Source: an uncultured Candidatus Binatia bacterium
Lineage (GTDB): Bacteria > Desulfobacterota > Binatia > UBA9968 > JAJDTQ01
Reading direction: 5' to 3'
Length of the DNA stretch: 64,000 nucleotides
NCBI GenBank assembly: GCA_965242525.1
Contig: OZ251459.1
Location: forward strand, 3,744,001-3,808,000
Under the pieces are notes generated by a model. That model saw nothing but the letters and a program-made list of their open reading frames with translations. It was not told where the DNA came from and ran no database searches. Numbering within the stretch: the stretch's first letter is position 1; each line of letters begins with the position of its first letter. The position numbers and the translations under genes were made by a program. This document shows positions 46,701 through 55,428 of the stretch, one piece after another.

Positions 46701-47235
46701 GGCACAGGTACTCGCCCAACCCCGCGCCGACTTCCCGGGCAAAGATGCGGGGATGCTCCAACTTGCGGTGGAAGTCGTCCGCGCTTTCCGCCAGCCGGAA
46801 GGTTTCGAGCTTCGCCGGACGACCTGCCGCGTCTTCGCCCACCAACACGAAGTCGCGGGTGTTGGTCACCAGCACCAGCCGGTAGCGGCCCCGATAGCGG
46901 CTTACCTGACCGCCCGCTGCCGTGAGCCATGCGTCGTCGTCCGCGGCCTTCACTTCCACCACACCGCGTTCCGGCGTCTGGCCTTCGCGCGGTTGGCCCC
47001 GCTGGACTTGCTTCGCTGCGTAGAGGCCGAAGTCGGGATGGCCCGCGCCCTGGTCGGCAAGCTCCTGGACGCAGAACACCTTGGGCTTGAGGGCTGCGCC
47101 CGCGGCGTTCAGCAGGTTCGCCAGCGGTCCGTAGCTGGACCGCTCCCCGGTGGCGCCGCCCGAAGCTCGCACCCGACCCAAGTCGGCAAAATAGGTCTCT
47201 ACCGCTATGATCAGGTTCACGTTCGCTGCCATCAT
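43747..47235 (-). CDS. Single-chain R-M enzyme (type IIG / type ISP-like: nuclease + N6-adenine MTase + specificity domain)
   Basis: PDF...EVK nuclease motif, GVWYTP, LDPCCGTG, GNPPY, NDLYVRFF, YRPFD, GGYQVLKKWL. Confidence 0.88.
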   Translation of the reverse strand: MMAANVNLIIAVETYFADLGRVRASGGATGERSSYGPLANLLNAAGAALKPKVFCVQELADQGAGHPDFGLYAAKQVQRGQPREGQTPERGVVEVKAADDDAWLTAAGGQVSRYRGRYRLVLVTNTRDFVLVGEDAAGRPAKLETFRLAESADDFHRKLEHPRIFAREVGAGLGEYLCRALSHRAALTEPRDLAWLLASYARDGLARVEAAGDAPSLEAVRKALEEALGVRFEGEKGARFFRSTLVQTLFYGVFSAWVLWARAAVRTSLPTSPPWERGRPARFNWHDAVWHLRAPVLRALFQQLSDPGRLQPLGLVEVLNWTAAALDRVDHAAFFARFNEGEAVPYFYEPFLEAFDPDLRKQLGVWYTPSEVVRYMVTRVDRALKDDLGIAEGLAAENVYVLDPCCGTGAYLAEVLRRIAANLEGRGLGALAGARVKQAATERVFGFEIMPAPFVVAHLQVGLTMQDLDAPLKDDGEERPGVFLTNALTGWEPHTIKPLPFPELEEERDRAERVKQDRPILVILGNPPYNGFAGMAVDEERELSESYRRTKRVRRPEGQGLNDLYVRFFRMAERRIAEKTGRGVVCFISNYSWLDGLSFTGMRERYLEVFDAVRIDCLNGDKYKTGKVAPDGTPDPSIFSTEGDPVGIQVGTAIATLVRKADHAPAEAVGFRHLWGQAKREELLETAEAAPDAVYAEVSPLLPLGLPFVQTAVSEDWFDWPALPELFPVSFPGVKTSRDGFLVDTDLERLKARITDYFDPALSHEEIARRYPAVMKTTARFDPRAVRETLLARGGPDESGFIRFAYRPFDHRWVYWEAETKLLDEKRADYRPHVFAGNLWLSFNKRPQKGAAEPRACVTDHLGCHDLIGNATCFFSAYLRNDESTENNTIETRRPNISGVAERYLKRLGLGVEDLFHHVLATLHDPAYREANAGALRMEYPRIPLPGWHAPGTAGRPPTTEQSPAFPDSHVADALARSAARGRQLAALLDLETPVSGVTTGALRPEITAIAVPATTDGRNMTGDNFALTTGWGHYGTGDAVMPGQGRIVERAFTLDERVAMRDTLPALGDTTLDVYFNDRAFWRNVPAAVWNYKLGGYQVLKKWLSYRERDILGRPLWPEEVQHFTDTARRIRTILLATTRTSFSTLNDGEKLQGEAVSRQM

Positions 47236-47434
47236 CCCGGATCCACCACCAAAAAGGGGAGCACCTCGTTGGCGCCCGCAGTGGAGCGGGCCAAGATGGA
47301 GTTGCAAGAGAGAAGAACCATCACCAACGAGGTGCAAGTATCAAGAGGCAAGGACTGTTGGGAATCCAGTACCGGGAAGAGAAGGATGGTGGACGAGTAT
47401 GTGGGGATGTGAGCGGGGGGACAGTGTTGGCGAG

Positions 47435-47458
47435 ACAGCCGGAGGCGTCCAGTACCAT
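47435..47458 (-). pseudogene. Possible VapC/PIN toxin 5' remnant (MVLDAS)
   Basis: ATG overlaps the antitoxin stop (TGATG) and reads MVLDAS, a typical PIN N-terminus; similarity is lost after that. Confidence 0.55.
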
Positions 47459-47688
47459 CAGCGTGATTCTCGTTCTTCGCGGAGGACGTCGGCAGGCGAA
47501 CGGTCGAGCAAAACCTCGGGTTGCTCGGCGATGGTCCGAAGCAGTTCCTGGCGGCTCGGCCGCGAGAGGGACTTCTCGATTTCTCGCAGGACGTAGAGGG
47601 ACATGGACACGCCCTCCATGGCCGCACGGGCTTTCAACCGACGGTGCAGCGCATCCGGGACGTTACGGACCTGGATCATCGTTGCCAT
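47458..47688 (-). CDS. FitA/VapB-like ribbon-helix-helix antitoxin
   Basis: MIQVRNVPDALHRRLKARAAMEGVSMS; C-terminal DVLREER. Confidence 0.85.
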   Translation of the reverse strand: MATMIQVRNVPDALHRRLKARAAMEGVSMSLYVLREIEKSLSRPSRQELLRTIAEQPEVLLDRSPADVLREERESR

Positions 47689-47749
47689 GCAGCAAGTATG
47701 AAAACTTGCAAATCGTATGTCAACTCGCTTCGGCGGCAGAGTCGGGAGA

Positions 47750-48001
47750 GCGTCCTTCGACTTCGCTTCGCTACGCTCAGGACGAACGGAGGGTTATGGA
47801 TTCCCGCTTTCGCGGGAATGACAGAGGGTGGGCGTCTGCGGAATGACGGGGAGGGGGTATCCGTGACGCCAAACCGAGGACGGCATGGTCGGAATGGGAG
47901 GAAATCCCACCTCATCGCGGGGTGAGGAGGGTCACGTGAGGGAATACATCTCTCCGTGACTCCGTTGTTCAGGGTTTCCTTGACCGTTGTTCAGAGTTTC
48001 C
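47750..48001. repeat. REP/MITE cluster at the right edge of the second accessory patch
   Basis: REP core at 47750-47790, TGGATTCCCGCTTTCGCGGGAATGAC palindrome, two TTGTTCAG(G/A)GTTTCC ends. Confidence 0.75.
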
Positions 48002-48011
48002 CCGGCGGGGT

Positions 48012-48335
48012 TCAGGCCATGGCCTTGTCGATCTCGCTCACCAAGCGGGCCTTGGGGGCCGCGCCCACGACCTGGCCCGAAAGCTCGCCCTGCTTGAAGA
48101 TCATGAGGTTGGGGATCCCCCGCACGCCGTAGCGGCCGGGCGTCTCGGGGTTCTCGTCCACGTTGATCTTCACGACCTTGAGCCTGCCGTCGTACTCTTG
48201 GGCCAGCTCTTCCAGCACCGGCGCAATGGACTTGCACGGGCCGCACCACGGCGCCCAGAAGTCCACCAGCACCGGCACCGGCGCCTGGATCACCTCGGCT
48301 TCGAAGTCGTTGTCCGCTATGTGGGATATGGCCAT
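48012..48335 (-). CDS. trxA: Thioredoxin
   Basis: [14 protein letters not shown]. Confidence 0.97.
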   Translation of the reverse strand: MAISHIADNDFEAEVIQAPVPVLVDFWAPWCGPCKSIAPVLEELAQEYDGRLKVVKINVDENPETPGRYGVRGIPNLMIFKQGELSGQVVGAAPKARLVSEIDKAMA

Positions 48336-48398
48336 CGAGAGTGTCTCCTTCCGTTCCGTCGATGCGACGTCGTGTGACGTGTCCGAGCCGCCAAGCCG

Positions 48399-49889
48399 CT
48401 AGATTTCCCGGAGCAGGTTCAGGATCGTGCGTACGCCGAAACCCGTTCCCCCTTTCGGGCATATGGGGCGCTCCTTGGCAGCGAACGCGGGTCCGGCGAT
48501 GTCCAGGTGCGCCCAGGGGGTCTCCCCCACGAACTCTTGCAGGAACAGGGCCGCGGTGACGGCGCCGGCCGAGCCGCCGCCCACGTTCTTGATGTCCGCC
48601 ACCTGGCTCTTGATGTCCTCGCGGTACTCGGCCGCGAGAGGCAAACGCCAGAGGCCTTCGCCCGCGTCCCGGCCGCACGCGATGAGCTTGTCCGCGAGCT
48701 CCTCGTCGTTGCTGAAGAGTCCCGCCAGCTCGTTGCCCAGAGCCACGATGCAGGCGCCCGTGAGGGTGGCGAGGTCGATGATGCAGTCGGGCTTCTCGCG
48801 GGCCGCCAGCAACAGCGCGTCCGCGAGTATGAGCCGCCCTTCGGCGTCGGTGTTCACGACCTCCGCGGTCTTGCCGTTGGGGTAGCGGATGACGTCCCCG
48901 GGTTTCTGCGCGCCGCCGCCGGGGAGGTTGTCCGTGGCCGGGGCCATGCCCACCACTTCGGCGTTGGGCGCCAGATCGGGCAGCGCGCTCATGACGCCGA
49001 TGACCGCGGCGGCCCCCGCCATGTCCAGCTTCATGGTCTCCATGGAGCGCGCCGTCTTGAGGGAAAGTCCGCCGGAGTCGAAGGTGATCCCCTTGCCGAT
49101 GAGGACCACCTTCTTGCGGGGCTTGCCCCCGGGCCGGTAGCGCATACGGATGAACCGGGGCTCCTCCCGGCTTCCCCGGTTGACCGCCAGCAGGCCCGCC
49201 AGCTTCAACTGCTCGATCCTCCTCCGGCCCCACACATCGACCTTCAGCCCCTCGCCGCGGCAATGGGCCGCGGCCTGCTCCGACAGGTAGCTCGCGGTGG
49301 CCGAGGACGGCGGCTCGTTCACCAGGTCCCGGGCCAGGCAGACGGCCGACGCGGTGGCCTTGGCGCTCCTCAGGGCCCGGGCCAACGCGCTGTTCCTCCC
49401 GGACGAGGTCCGTCCGAGCACCAGCGTGCGCAGTCGTCCCGAGTGGTTGCCGTTGGACCTGTACCGGGTGAAGCGGTAGGCGTTGAGGAGGGCGCCCTCG
49501 GCCGCCGCGCCCGCCACCGGTTCGGTCTCCCGGTCCGGCGGCAGCAGGAAGACCGCCTCGTCGGCCCACAGGCGCCCGGCCTCCCTGGCGGTGACGGCCC
49601 CGGCCACGCGCCAGGCATGGATCCCCCCTTGGGGTCCGTCCTCTTCCTGCTTGCCGACCCCCACCAGCAACACGTGGGCGGCCGGCAGCAGGCCGTGGGT
49701 GGCCGCCAGCAGCGAGGTCCCGCGTCTGCCGGCGAATCCGCTCTTCTTGGCCAACGCGCGGAGCCGGCCCTGGAGCGGACCGTCGAGGCTCGGCGCGAGG
49801 CTTTCCTCGAAGCCCCCGTCCGTGACCGGCACGGCCAGCAGCGCGGTCTTGACCTGCGCCGGAGCGACTTCTCTCAGCCTGGTTTCCAT
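48399..49889 (-). CDS. pepA: Leucyl aminopeptidase (M17)
   Basis: GKGITFDSGG, MKLDMAGAA, NTDAEGRL, DLATLTGA, WAHLDIAG. Confidence 0.95.
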   Translation of the reverse strand: METRLREVAPAQVKTALLAVPVTDGGFEESLAPSLDGPLQGRLRALAKKSGFAGRRGTSLLAATHGLLPAAHVLLVGVGKQEEDGPQGGIHAWRVAGAVTAREAGRLWADEAVFLLPPDRETEPVAGAAAEGALLNAYRFTRYRSNGNHSGRLRTLVLGRTSSGRNSALARALRSAKATASAVCLARDLVNEPPSSATASYLSEQAAAHCRGEGLKVDVWGRRRIEQLKLAGLLAVNRGSREEPRFIRMRYRPGGKPRKKVVLIGKGITFDSGGLSLKTARSMETMKLDMAGAAAVIGVMSALPDLAPNAEVVGMAPATDNLPGGGAQKPGDVIRYPNGKTAEVVNTDAEGRLILADALLLAAREKPDCIIDLATLTGACIVALGNELAGLFSNDEELADKLIACGRDAGEGLWRLPLAAEYREDIKSQVADIKNVGGGSAGAVTAALFLQEFVGETPWAHLDIAGPAFAAKERPICPKGGTGFGVRTILNLLREI

Positions 49890-49898
49890 GGACTTGGG

Positions 49899-50474
49899 TC
49901 AGAAGCGGTGAGGGGTCCGAATGAGGTTCATGAACTCGCTGCGGGTCTTCTCCTGGGTCTGGAAGGCGCCGAGGAGGGCGCTGGTGATGATGGTGGAGTT
50001 CTGTTTCTGCACGCCGCGCATGCGCATGCACATGTGCTCGGCTTCCATCACCACGCCGGCGCCCAGCGGGTCGATGCGTTCCATGATCGTCTGGGCGACC
50101 TGGTTGGTGAGCCGCTCCTGGACCTGGAGGCGGTGGGCGTAGGCGTCCACCAGCCGCGCGAGCTTGGAGACCCCCACGATCTTGTGGCGCGGGATGTAGG
50201 CCACGTGGGCCTTGCCGTGGAAAGGCAGCATGTGGTGCTCGCAGAGGGAGTAGAAGTCGATGTCCTTCTCGACGATCATCTCCTGGTAGTCTTCGGCGAA
50301 CAGCGCGCCGTTGATGATGTCGTCCGGGTCCTCGCGGTAGCCGCTGGTGAGGAACTCCCAGGCCGCGGCCACCCGCGCCGGCGTCTTCTGGAGACCTTCC
50401 CGGTCCGGGTCTTCCCCGAGGGTCGTCAGTATGGCCCGGACGTGCGCTGCGAGGGAATCCACGGGTTTCTCCAT
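49899..50474 (-). CDS. folE: GTP cyclohydrolase I
   Basis: [38 protein letters not shown]. Confidence 0.97.
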   Translation of the reverse strand: MEKPVDSLAAHVRAILTTLGEDPDREGLQKTPARVAAAWEFLTSGYREDPDDIINGALFAEDYQEMIVEKDIDFYSLCEHHMLPFHGKAHVAYIPRHKIVGVSKLARLVDAYAHRLQVQERLTNQVAQTIMERIDPLGAGVVMEAEHMCMRMRGVQKQNSTIITSALLGAFQTQEKTRSEFMNLIRTPHRF

Positions 50475-50585
50475 GCGGTCGGCAGGTCTCGGAAGGGACA
50501 CCGGGGCAACTTAGCATCTGCCCCAAGGCCGGTCAAATCCACGCCCGGAATTGTGGTTGGCCCCGGAACCCCTTAGAATGGAGCC

Positions 50586-52991
50586 ATGGTCAAGCCGCCC
50601 GTCATCGCAACCGGGGACGACGACTCCCACCTGGTAACCTTCGAGGAGATCAGCCGGTTCGTCGAAGAGGCCGAAGACCTGCCGGGATGCCTCAACAGCA
50701 TCACGGGCATCGTGGCCAAGCGCATGCAGACCGAGGTCTGCTCGGTCTATCTGCTCGACCCCGAAAGCGACCGGCTGACCCTCAGCGCCACCCGGGGCCT
50801 GGACCAGGCCGCGGTGGGCCGGGTTTCCATGAGCGTCGGCGAAGGCCTGGCGGGACTGGTGGTGGAGACGCGGCAGCCCGTGATGGTCACGGACGCGCCG
50901 GCGCACCCGCGCTTCCTGTACTTCCCGGAGACCGGCGAGGAACGCTACCACTCCTTCTTCGCCGTCCCCGTCAGCAGCCAGAAGACGCCCATCGGCGTGC
51001 TGGTGGTGCAGACCTCGCGTCCGCGGGAGTTCACGCCCCAGGAAGCCAGGCTCCTCAAGGCCATATCGGCCCAGGTGTCCACCATCATCCTGCACGCCCG
51101 CCTGGTGGACTCGCTCAAGGACAAGGAACGCGAGCGCAAGCAGTCCCGCCAGCGCATGGTCACCGCGCTGAAAAGGCTCAGGTCCTACGAGGGGCGGGGC
51201 AAGGAGCGCACCAGCGAGCCCCCGAGGAAGTTCCGCAGCCGTTTGACCGGGCTCGCCGCCTGCCCCGGTTTCGCCTACGGCAAGGCCCACATCCTGCAAC
51301 GGCGCATCGACCTGGCCGCCATCGAGAGGACCCGGGCCGCGGACCCCCGGGCGGAGGTCGCGCTCTTTCGCTCCGCGGTGCAACGCTCCGCGGCCCAGAT
51401 GGAAGAGATCAAGACCCGCATGACCGCCCTCATCTCCGACGAGGCGGGCGCCATCCTGGACGTGCACCGGCTGATCCTGAACGACCCCGTGCTGCAGGAC
51501 GAGATCGAGAGTCGGATCCTCGAAGAGGGGCTGACGGCCTACTATGCGGTCAGCGACGTCTTCCGCCGGCACATGCGCACCGTGAGCGAAGTGGATGACC
51601 GGTACCTGAAGGAGCGCACCGCGGACATCCGCGACGTGGCCGAGAGGCTGCTGGACAACCTTTCCGGCTCCGGGGACCGGCGCCTCGTGGCCCCGGAGGA
51701 ACGGGCCGTCCTGGTGGCCGAAGACCTGTCCCCCGCGGACCTGGCGCTCATCGAAGGGGACCTGTTCCAGGGCATCGTGCTGGCCACCGGCGGCGTCACC
51801 TCCCACGCCTCGCTCTTGGCCAAGTCCTTCGAGATCCCCACGGTGGTGGCCGCGGAGTCGCTGCTGGAAAGCGTCCGGAAAGAGGACTCGCTGATCGTCG
51901 ATGGCAACTCCGGGGTCGTGTTCGTCAACCCCAACAAGGAGATCGTGGACGAGTACGCCCGGCTGGAGCGCCACTACCTCGCCGTCAACCGCGAGCTCGA
52001 CGAGATGCGGGACCTGCCGGCCGAGACCACCGACGGGCACCGGGTCCGCCTGCTCGCGAACATGGGACTGCTCACCGACATCCGGTTCGCGCAGGTCCAC
52101 GGGGCCGAGGGCATCGGCCTGTACCGCACCGAGATCCCGTTCCTCGCCTACCACGACTTCCCCACCGAGGCCCAGCAGTTCGCGCTCTACCAGCGGGTGG
52201 TGGAAGGCATGGCGGGCAAGCCCGTGACCATCCGCACCCTCGACATCGGCGCCGACAAGTACCCTCCCTACGTGAGCGTCGCCCGTTCCGAGCCCAACCC
52301 GTTCCTCGGATGGCGCTCCATCCGCATCTCCCTGGAGGTGTCGAAGACGTTCGAGATGCAGCTCCGGGCCATACTGCGCGCGGGGGCGCTGGGGCCGGTG
52401 CGGCTGCTGATCCCCATGGTCTCGAGCCTGGAGGAGATCCTCCGGGTCAAGGCCATGGTGCGCGAGGCGAAGGCGGACCTGGCCCGCCTCCGCCTCCCCT
52501 TCGATGCGGACATGGAAACGGGGATCATGATCGAGGTGCCGTCCGCGGTGCAGGTGGCCCACCGGTTGTTGGATGAGGTGGACTTCGTCAGCATCGGGAC
52601 CAACGACCTGATCCAGTACCTGCTGGCGGTGGACCGCGGCAACCGCAAGGTGGCCTCGCTCTACGAGCCCTTCCACCCCGCGGTCCTCTCCGCCCTCCAC
52701 CAAGTCATCCGGGCCGCCAAGGACAAGGGCAAGCGGGTGGCCATGTGCGGCGAGATGGCCGGGGACCCGCTGTCCACCCTGCTGTTGATGGGCATGGGGC
52801 TCGAAGAGTTCAGCATGGAGTCCCTGTCCATCCCCGTGGTCCGGAAGCTGGTGCGCTCGGTGAGCTACGAGAGGGCCGGCGCCATCGGACGCACCGCCCT
52901 CCGGATGGACAGGGTGGACGAGATCAAACGCTACCTGTTCAGCGAGATGCGCGCCCTGGGCTTGGTGGAGCTGCTGGAGCTCTACCGCTAG
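50586..52991 (+). CDS. ptsP: GAF-domain PEP-protein phosphotransferase (EI-Ntr)
   Basis: N-terminal GAF, TSHAS, GIGLYRTE, SIGTNDL, MCGEMAG. Confidence 0.95.
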   Translation: MVKPPVIATGDDDSHLVTFEEISRFVEEAEDLPGCLNSITGIVAKRMQTEVCSVYLLDPESDRLTLSATRGLDQAAVGRVSMSVGEGLAGLVVETRQPVMVTDAPAHPRFLYFPETGEERYHSFFAVPVSSQKTPIGVLVVQTSRPREFTPQEARLLKAISAQVSTIILHARLVDSLKDKERERKQSRQRMVTALKRLRSYEGRGKERTSEPPRKFRSRLTGLAACPGFAYGKAHILQRRIDLAAIERTRAADPRAEVALFRSAVQRSAAQMEEIKTRMTALISDEAGAILDVHRLILNDPVLQDEIESRILEEGLTAYYAVSDVFRRHMRTVSEVDDRYLKERTADIRDVAERLLDNLSGSGDRRLVAPEERAVLVAEDLSPADLALIEGDLFQGIVLATGGVTSHASLLAKSFEIPTVVAAESLLESVRKEDSLIVDGNSGVVFVNPNKEIVDEYARLERHYLAVNRELDEMRDLPAETTDGHRVRLLANMGLLTDIRFAQVHGAEGIGLYRTEIPFLAYHDFPTEAQQFALYQRVVEGMAGKPVTIRTLDIGADKYPPYVSVARSEPNPFLGWRSIRISLEVSKTFEMQLRAILRAGALGPVRLLIPMVSSLEEILRVKAMVREAKADLARLRLPFDADMETGIMIEVPSAVQVAHRLLDEVDFVSIGTNDLIQYLLAVDRGNRKVASLYEPFHPAVLSALHQVIRAAKDKGKRVAMCGEMAGDPLSTLLLMGMGLEEFSMESLSIPVVRKLVRSVSYERAGAIGRTALRMDRVDEIKRYLFSEMRALGLVELLELYR

Positions 52992-53154
52992 GCGCCTGCC
53001 TGCCCGAAACCGCCAACGGCGTGACGACTCGGCCGCGCCCGTTGACACCCTCCCGCCCGTCCGTTCCCTTCCCGCCCTGCGCCAAGTAGCCGCAGCCTCT
53101 GGATTATCCGTCGGCGCCGCGGGATGGCACGGCCGTTGCTCCCTTGGTGCCGGC

Positions 53155-53895
53155 ATGAAGAAGGCATCTCCCTGCACCGAGTCGGGCGGCTTTCCCCCCG
53201 CGGAAGGAAACGATCCCGGGGAACACGTGGTCACCGCCTACCTTCCCCTGGTGAGGCGAATGGCCCGCCAACTCCACCGCCGGCTGCCGGCCAACACGGA
53301 CCTCGAAGCGCTGGTGCACTCCGGCGTGGTCGGCCTGCTGGAAGCCGCGGAGCGGTTCGACCCCGACCGGGGCGTGTCGTTCTACGTGTACGCCCGGCAC
53401 CGCATCTACGGCGAGATGATCCAGTGCCTGCGCTCCCTGGACTGGGTGAGCCGGTCCATCCGCGCCTGGGGGCGCCGGGTCGCCGCGGCCCGCAGGCGCC
53501 TGGCCCGGGACCTCTGCCGCGAAGCCACTTCCGAAGAGCTGGCGCACGAGCTGTCGGTGTCGTTGGAGGCCTACCACAAGATCAACTACCGGGTCAGCGA
53601 GTACGGGTGGATGAGCCTCGACGACCCGTCGCAGCACCTCGTGCTCGAAGGGAACGCCCAGGGACAGGGGATCTACCAGGACCCGCTGGACTTCGTGGAG
53701 CGCCGCGACCTGGTGGAGAAGCTGAAACGGGCGGTGGCGCAGCTTCCGGAACGCGAACGGCTGGTGGTCACCCTGCGCCACTACCGGGAACTCAAGTTCA
53801 GGGAGATCGGCGAAGGGCTCGGAGTGACCGAGGCGCGGATTTGCCAGATCTACGTGCAAGCGCGCAAACGGCTCCGGCAGGCCCTGGACCATTGA
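53155..53895 (+). CDS. FliA/WhiG-family (sigma-28) RNA polymerase sigma factor
   Basis: YLPLV, GLLEAAERFDP, LRSLDWVSRS, EIGEGLGVTEARICQI. Confidence 0.92.
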   Translation: MKKASPCTESGGFPPAEGNDPGEHVVTAYLPLVRRMARQLHRRLPANTDLEALVHSGVVGLLEAAERFDPDRGVSFYVYARHRIYGEMIQCLRSLDWVSRSIRAWGRRVAAARRRLARDLCREATSEELAHELSVSLEAYHKINYRVSEYGWMSLDDPSQHLVLEGNAQGQGIYQDPLDFVERRDLVEKLKRAVAQLPERERLVVTLRHYRELKFREIGEGLGVTEARICQIYVQARKRLRQALDH

Positions 53896-53978
53896 GCCGC
53901 GCCGCCGCGCCTGCGGCGGAGGGGAAACGCCGCCCGCAACGGAGCCCGCGGCTCACGGGCCGCCCGCCCCGGGGGTGG

Positions 53979-55346
53979 TCAGCCGTCCGCCTTCAGGACG
54001 GCGATCTCGTCCTCGATGACCTGCCGTCTCGGCGAGTCCGGCGGGTATTGCTGGGCGGCGCGCTCCAGCGAGCCGACCGCCTTGCCGGTCTCGTCCCGCA
54101 GCAGGTGGAACTGCGCCAGGTAGTAGTGGGCCTTGCCCGGCTGGTTCAGCTTGCGGTAGGCGTAACCCAGGCGCCGGGCCGCCTCGGGCCAGAAGGACGC
54201 GAGCTGGCGCGCCCTCAGGTAGGAACGGACCGCCTGCCGGAAGCGCGATTGCCTCTCGAACAGGCGCCCCTGGTACAGGTGGGTGACCGGGTCGTCGGGT
54301 TCGCGCTCCAGCATGGCCTCGAAGGCCGCGTGGGCCCTGGAGGGTTCGCCGGTTCGGCTGTACGCCCGTCCCAGGTCCCGGTGCACGCTCGGCAGGGACG
54401 GGTCCAGCCGCGCCGCCCGCTCGAGCATGTCCCGCGCCGCGCGCCACCGGCCGGTGGCGGCGTAGGCCGCGCCCAGCAGATGCGCCGGCGCGGCCGCTTG
54501 CGGGTCCTTTTCATGGGCCTTCTTCCGACGCTCGACCACCGCGTTCGGCTCGCTTCGCAACTCGATCAGGAGCTTCAGGCGTTCGACGCCGTCGGCGCCC
54601 TTGAACCGCGGACGGGTGAGCCCGAGGCCCCGGATGGAAGCGGCCATGTTGGCGATCCGCTGCTCGGTCAGTGGGTGGGACATGAGGTAGGTGGGGGTTC
54701 CCACCGGGTTCAGGAGCTTCTCGCGGTACAGCTTCTCCATGAAGTCCACCGCGGCCTGGGGGTCGTAACCCGCCCGCGCGAGGTAGCCGACCCCCAGGTT
54801 GTCGGCCTGCTCCTCCATCTGCCGACTGAACTCCAGTTGCCGCGTCATGGAGATCGCCGGCGCGGCCAGGACCGCAGGCCCCAGGACCGGGGCCAGGAAC
54901 ACCCCCAGCATTCCCAGGAGCACGGTCTCGTCCGGCGCGGCCAGGGCGGCGAAGTGCCGCGCGTTCACGTGGACGATCTCGTGGGCCACCACCGACGCCA
55001 ACTCGTCGGTGCTCTCCACCTTCTGGATCAGCCCCGAGTGGAGGAAGATGTTCCCGCCGGGGACCGCAAAGGCGTTGGTGGAGGCGTCCTCCACCACGAA
55101 GAACCGGTACGGGTACCGGGTGTTGCCCACCGCGTCGAGGATACGGCGGCCGATGCGATCCACGTACAGCTCGATCTCGGGGTCCTCGATGAACTTGAGA
55201 CGTTTCCGGGCCTCCCGGCGGATCTCGCGGCCGATGCGGATCTCTTCTTCCTGGGAAAGGGCATGGACGGGGGGAACGCGCAGGCCTGCCGCCGCGCACC
55301 CCGCGACCACCAGCGCCGCGACCCAGCAGTGGAAGGCCCTCCGCAT
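53979..55346 (-). CDS. M48 metalloprotease with TPR repeats (BepA-like)
   Basis: NAFAVPGG, HEIVH, EEQAD, SHP; C-terminal TPR-like helices. Confidence 0.9.
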   Translation of the reverse strand: MRRAFHCWVAALVVAGCAAAGLRVPPVHALSQEEEIRIGREIRREARKRLKFIEDPEIELYVDRIGRRILDAVGNTRYPYRFFVVEDASTNAFAVPGGNIFLHSGLIQKVESTDELASVVAHEIVHVNARHFAALAAPDETVLLGMLGVFLAPVLGPAVLAAPAISMTRQLEFSRQMEEQADNLGVGYLARAGYDPQAAVDFMEKLYREKLLNPVGTPTYLMSHPLTEQRIANMAASIRGLGLTRPRFKGADGVERLKLLIELRSEPNAVVERRKKAHEKDPQAAAPAHLLGAAYAATGRWRAARDMLERAARLDPSLPSVHRDLGRAYSRTGEPSRAHAAFEAMLEREPDDPVTHLYQGRLFERQSRFRQAVRSYLRARQLASFWPEAARRLGYAYRKLNQPGKAHYYLAQFHLLRDETGKAVGSLERAAQQYPPDSPRRQVIEDEIAVLKADG

Positions 55347-55428
55347 GTCTCGAAGTCTATCCGACCCCCCGGAACGGGTCAATACGCCGGCCGCGGCCTC
55401 GCGGAGCGGCAAGGGCCGGCCGCTCCGA

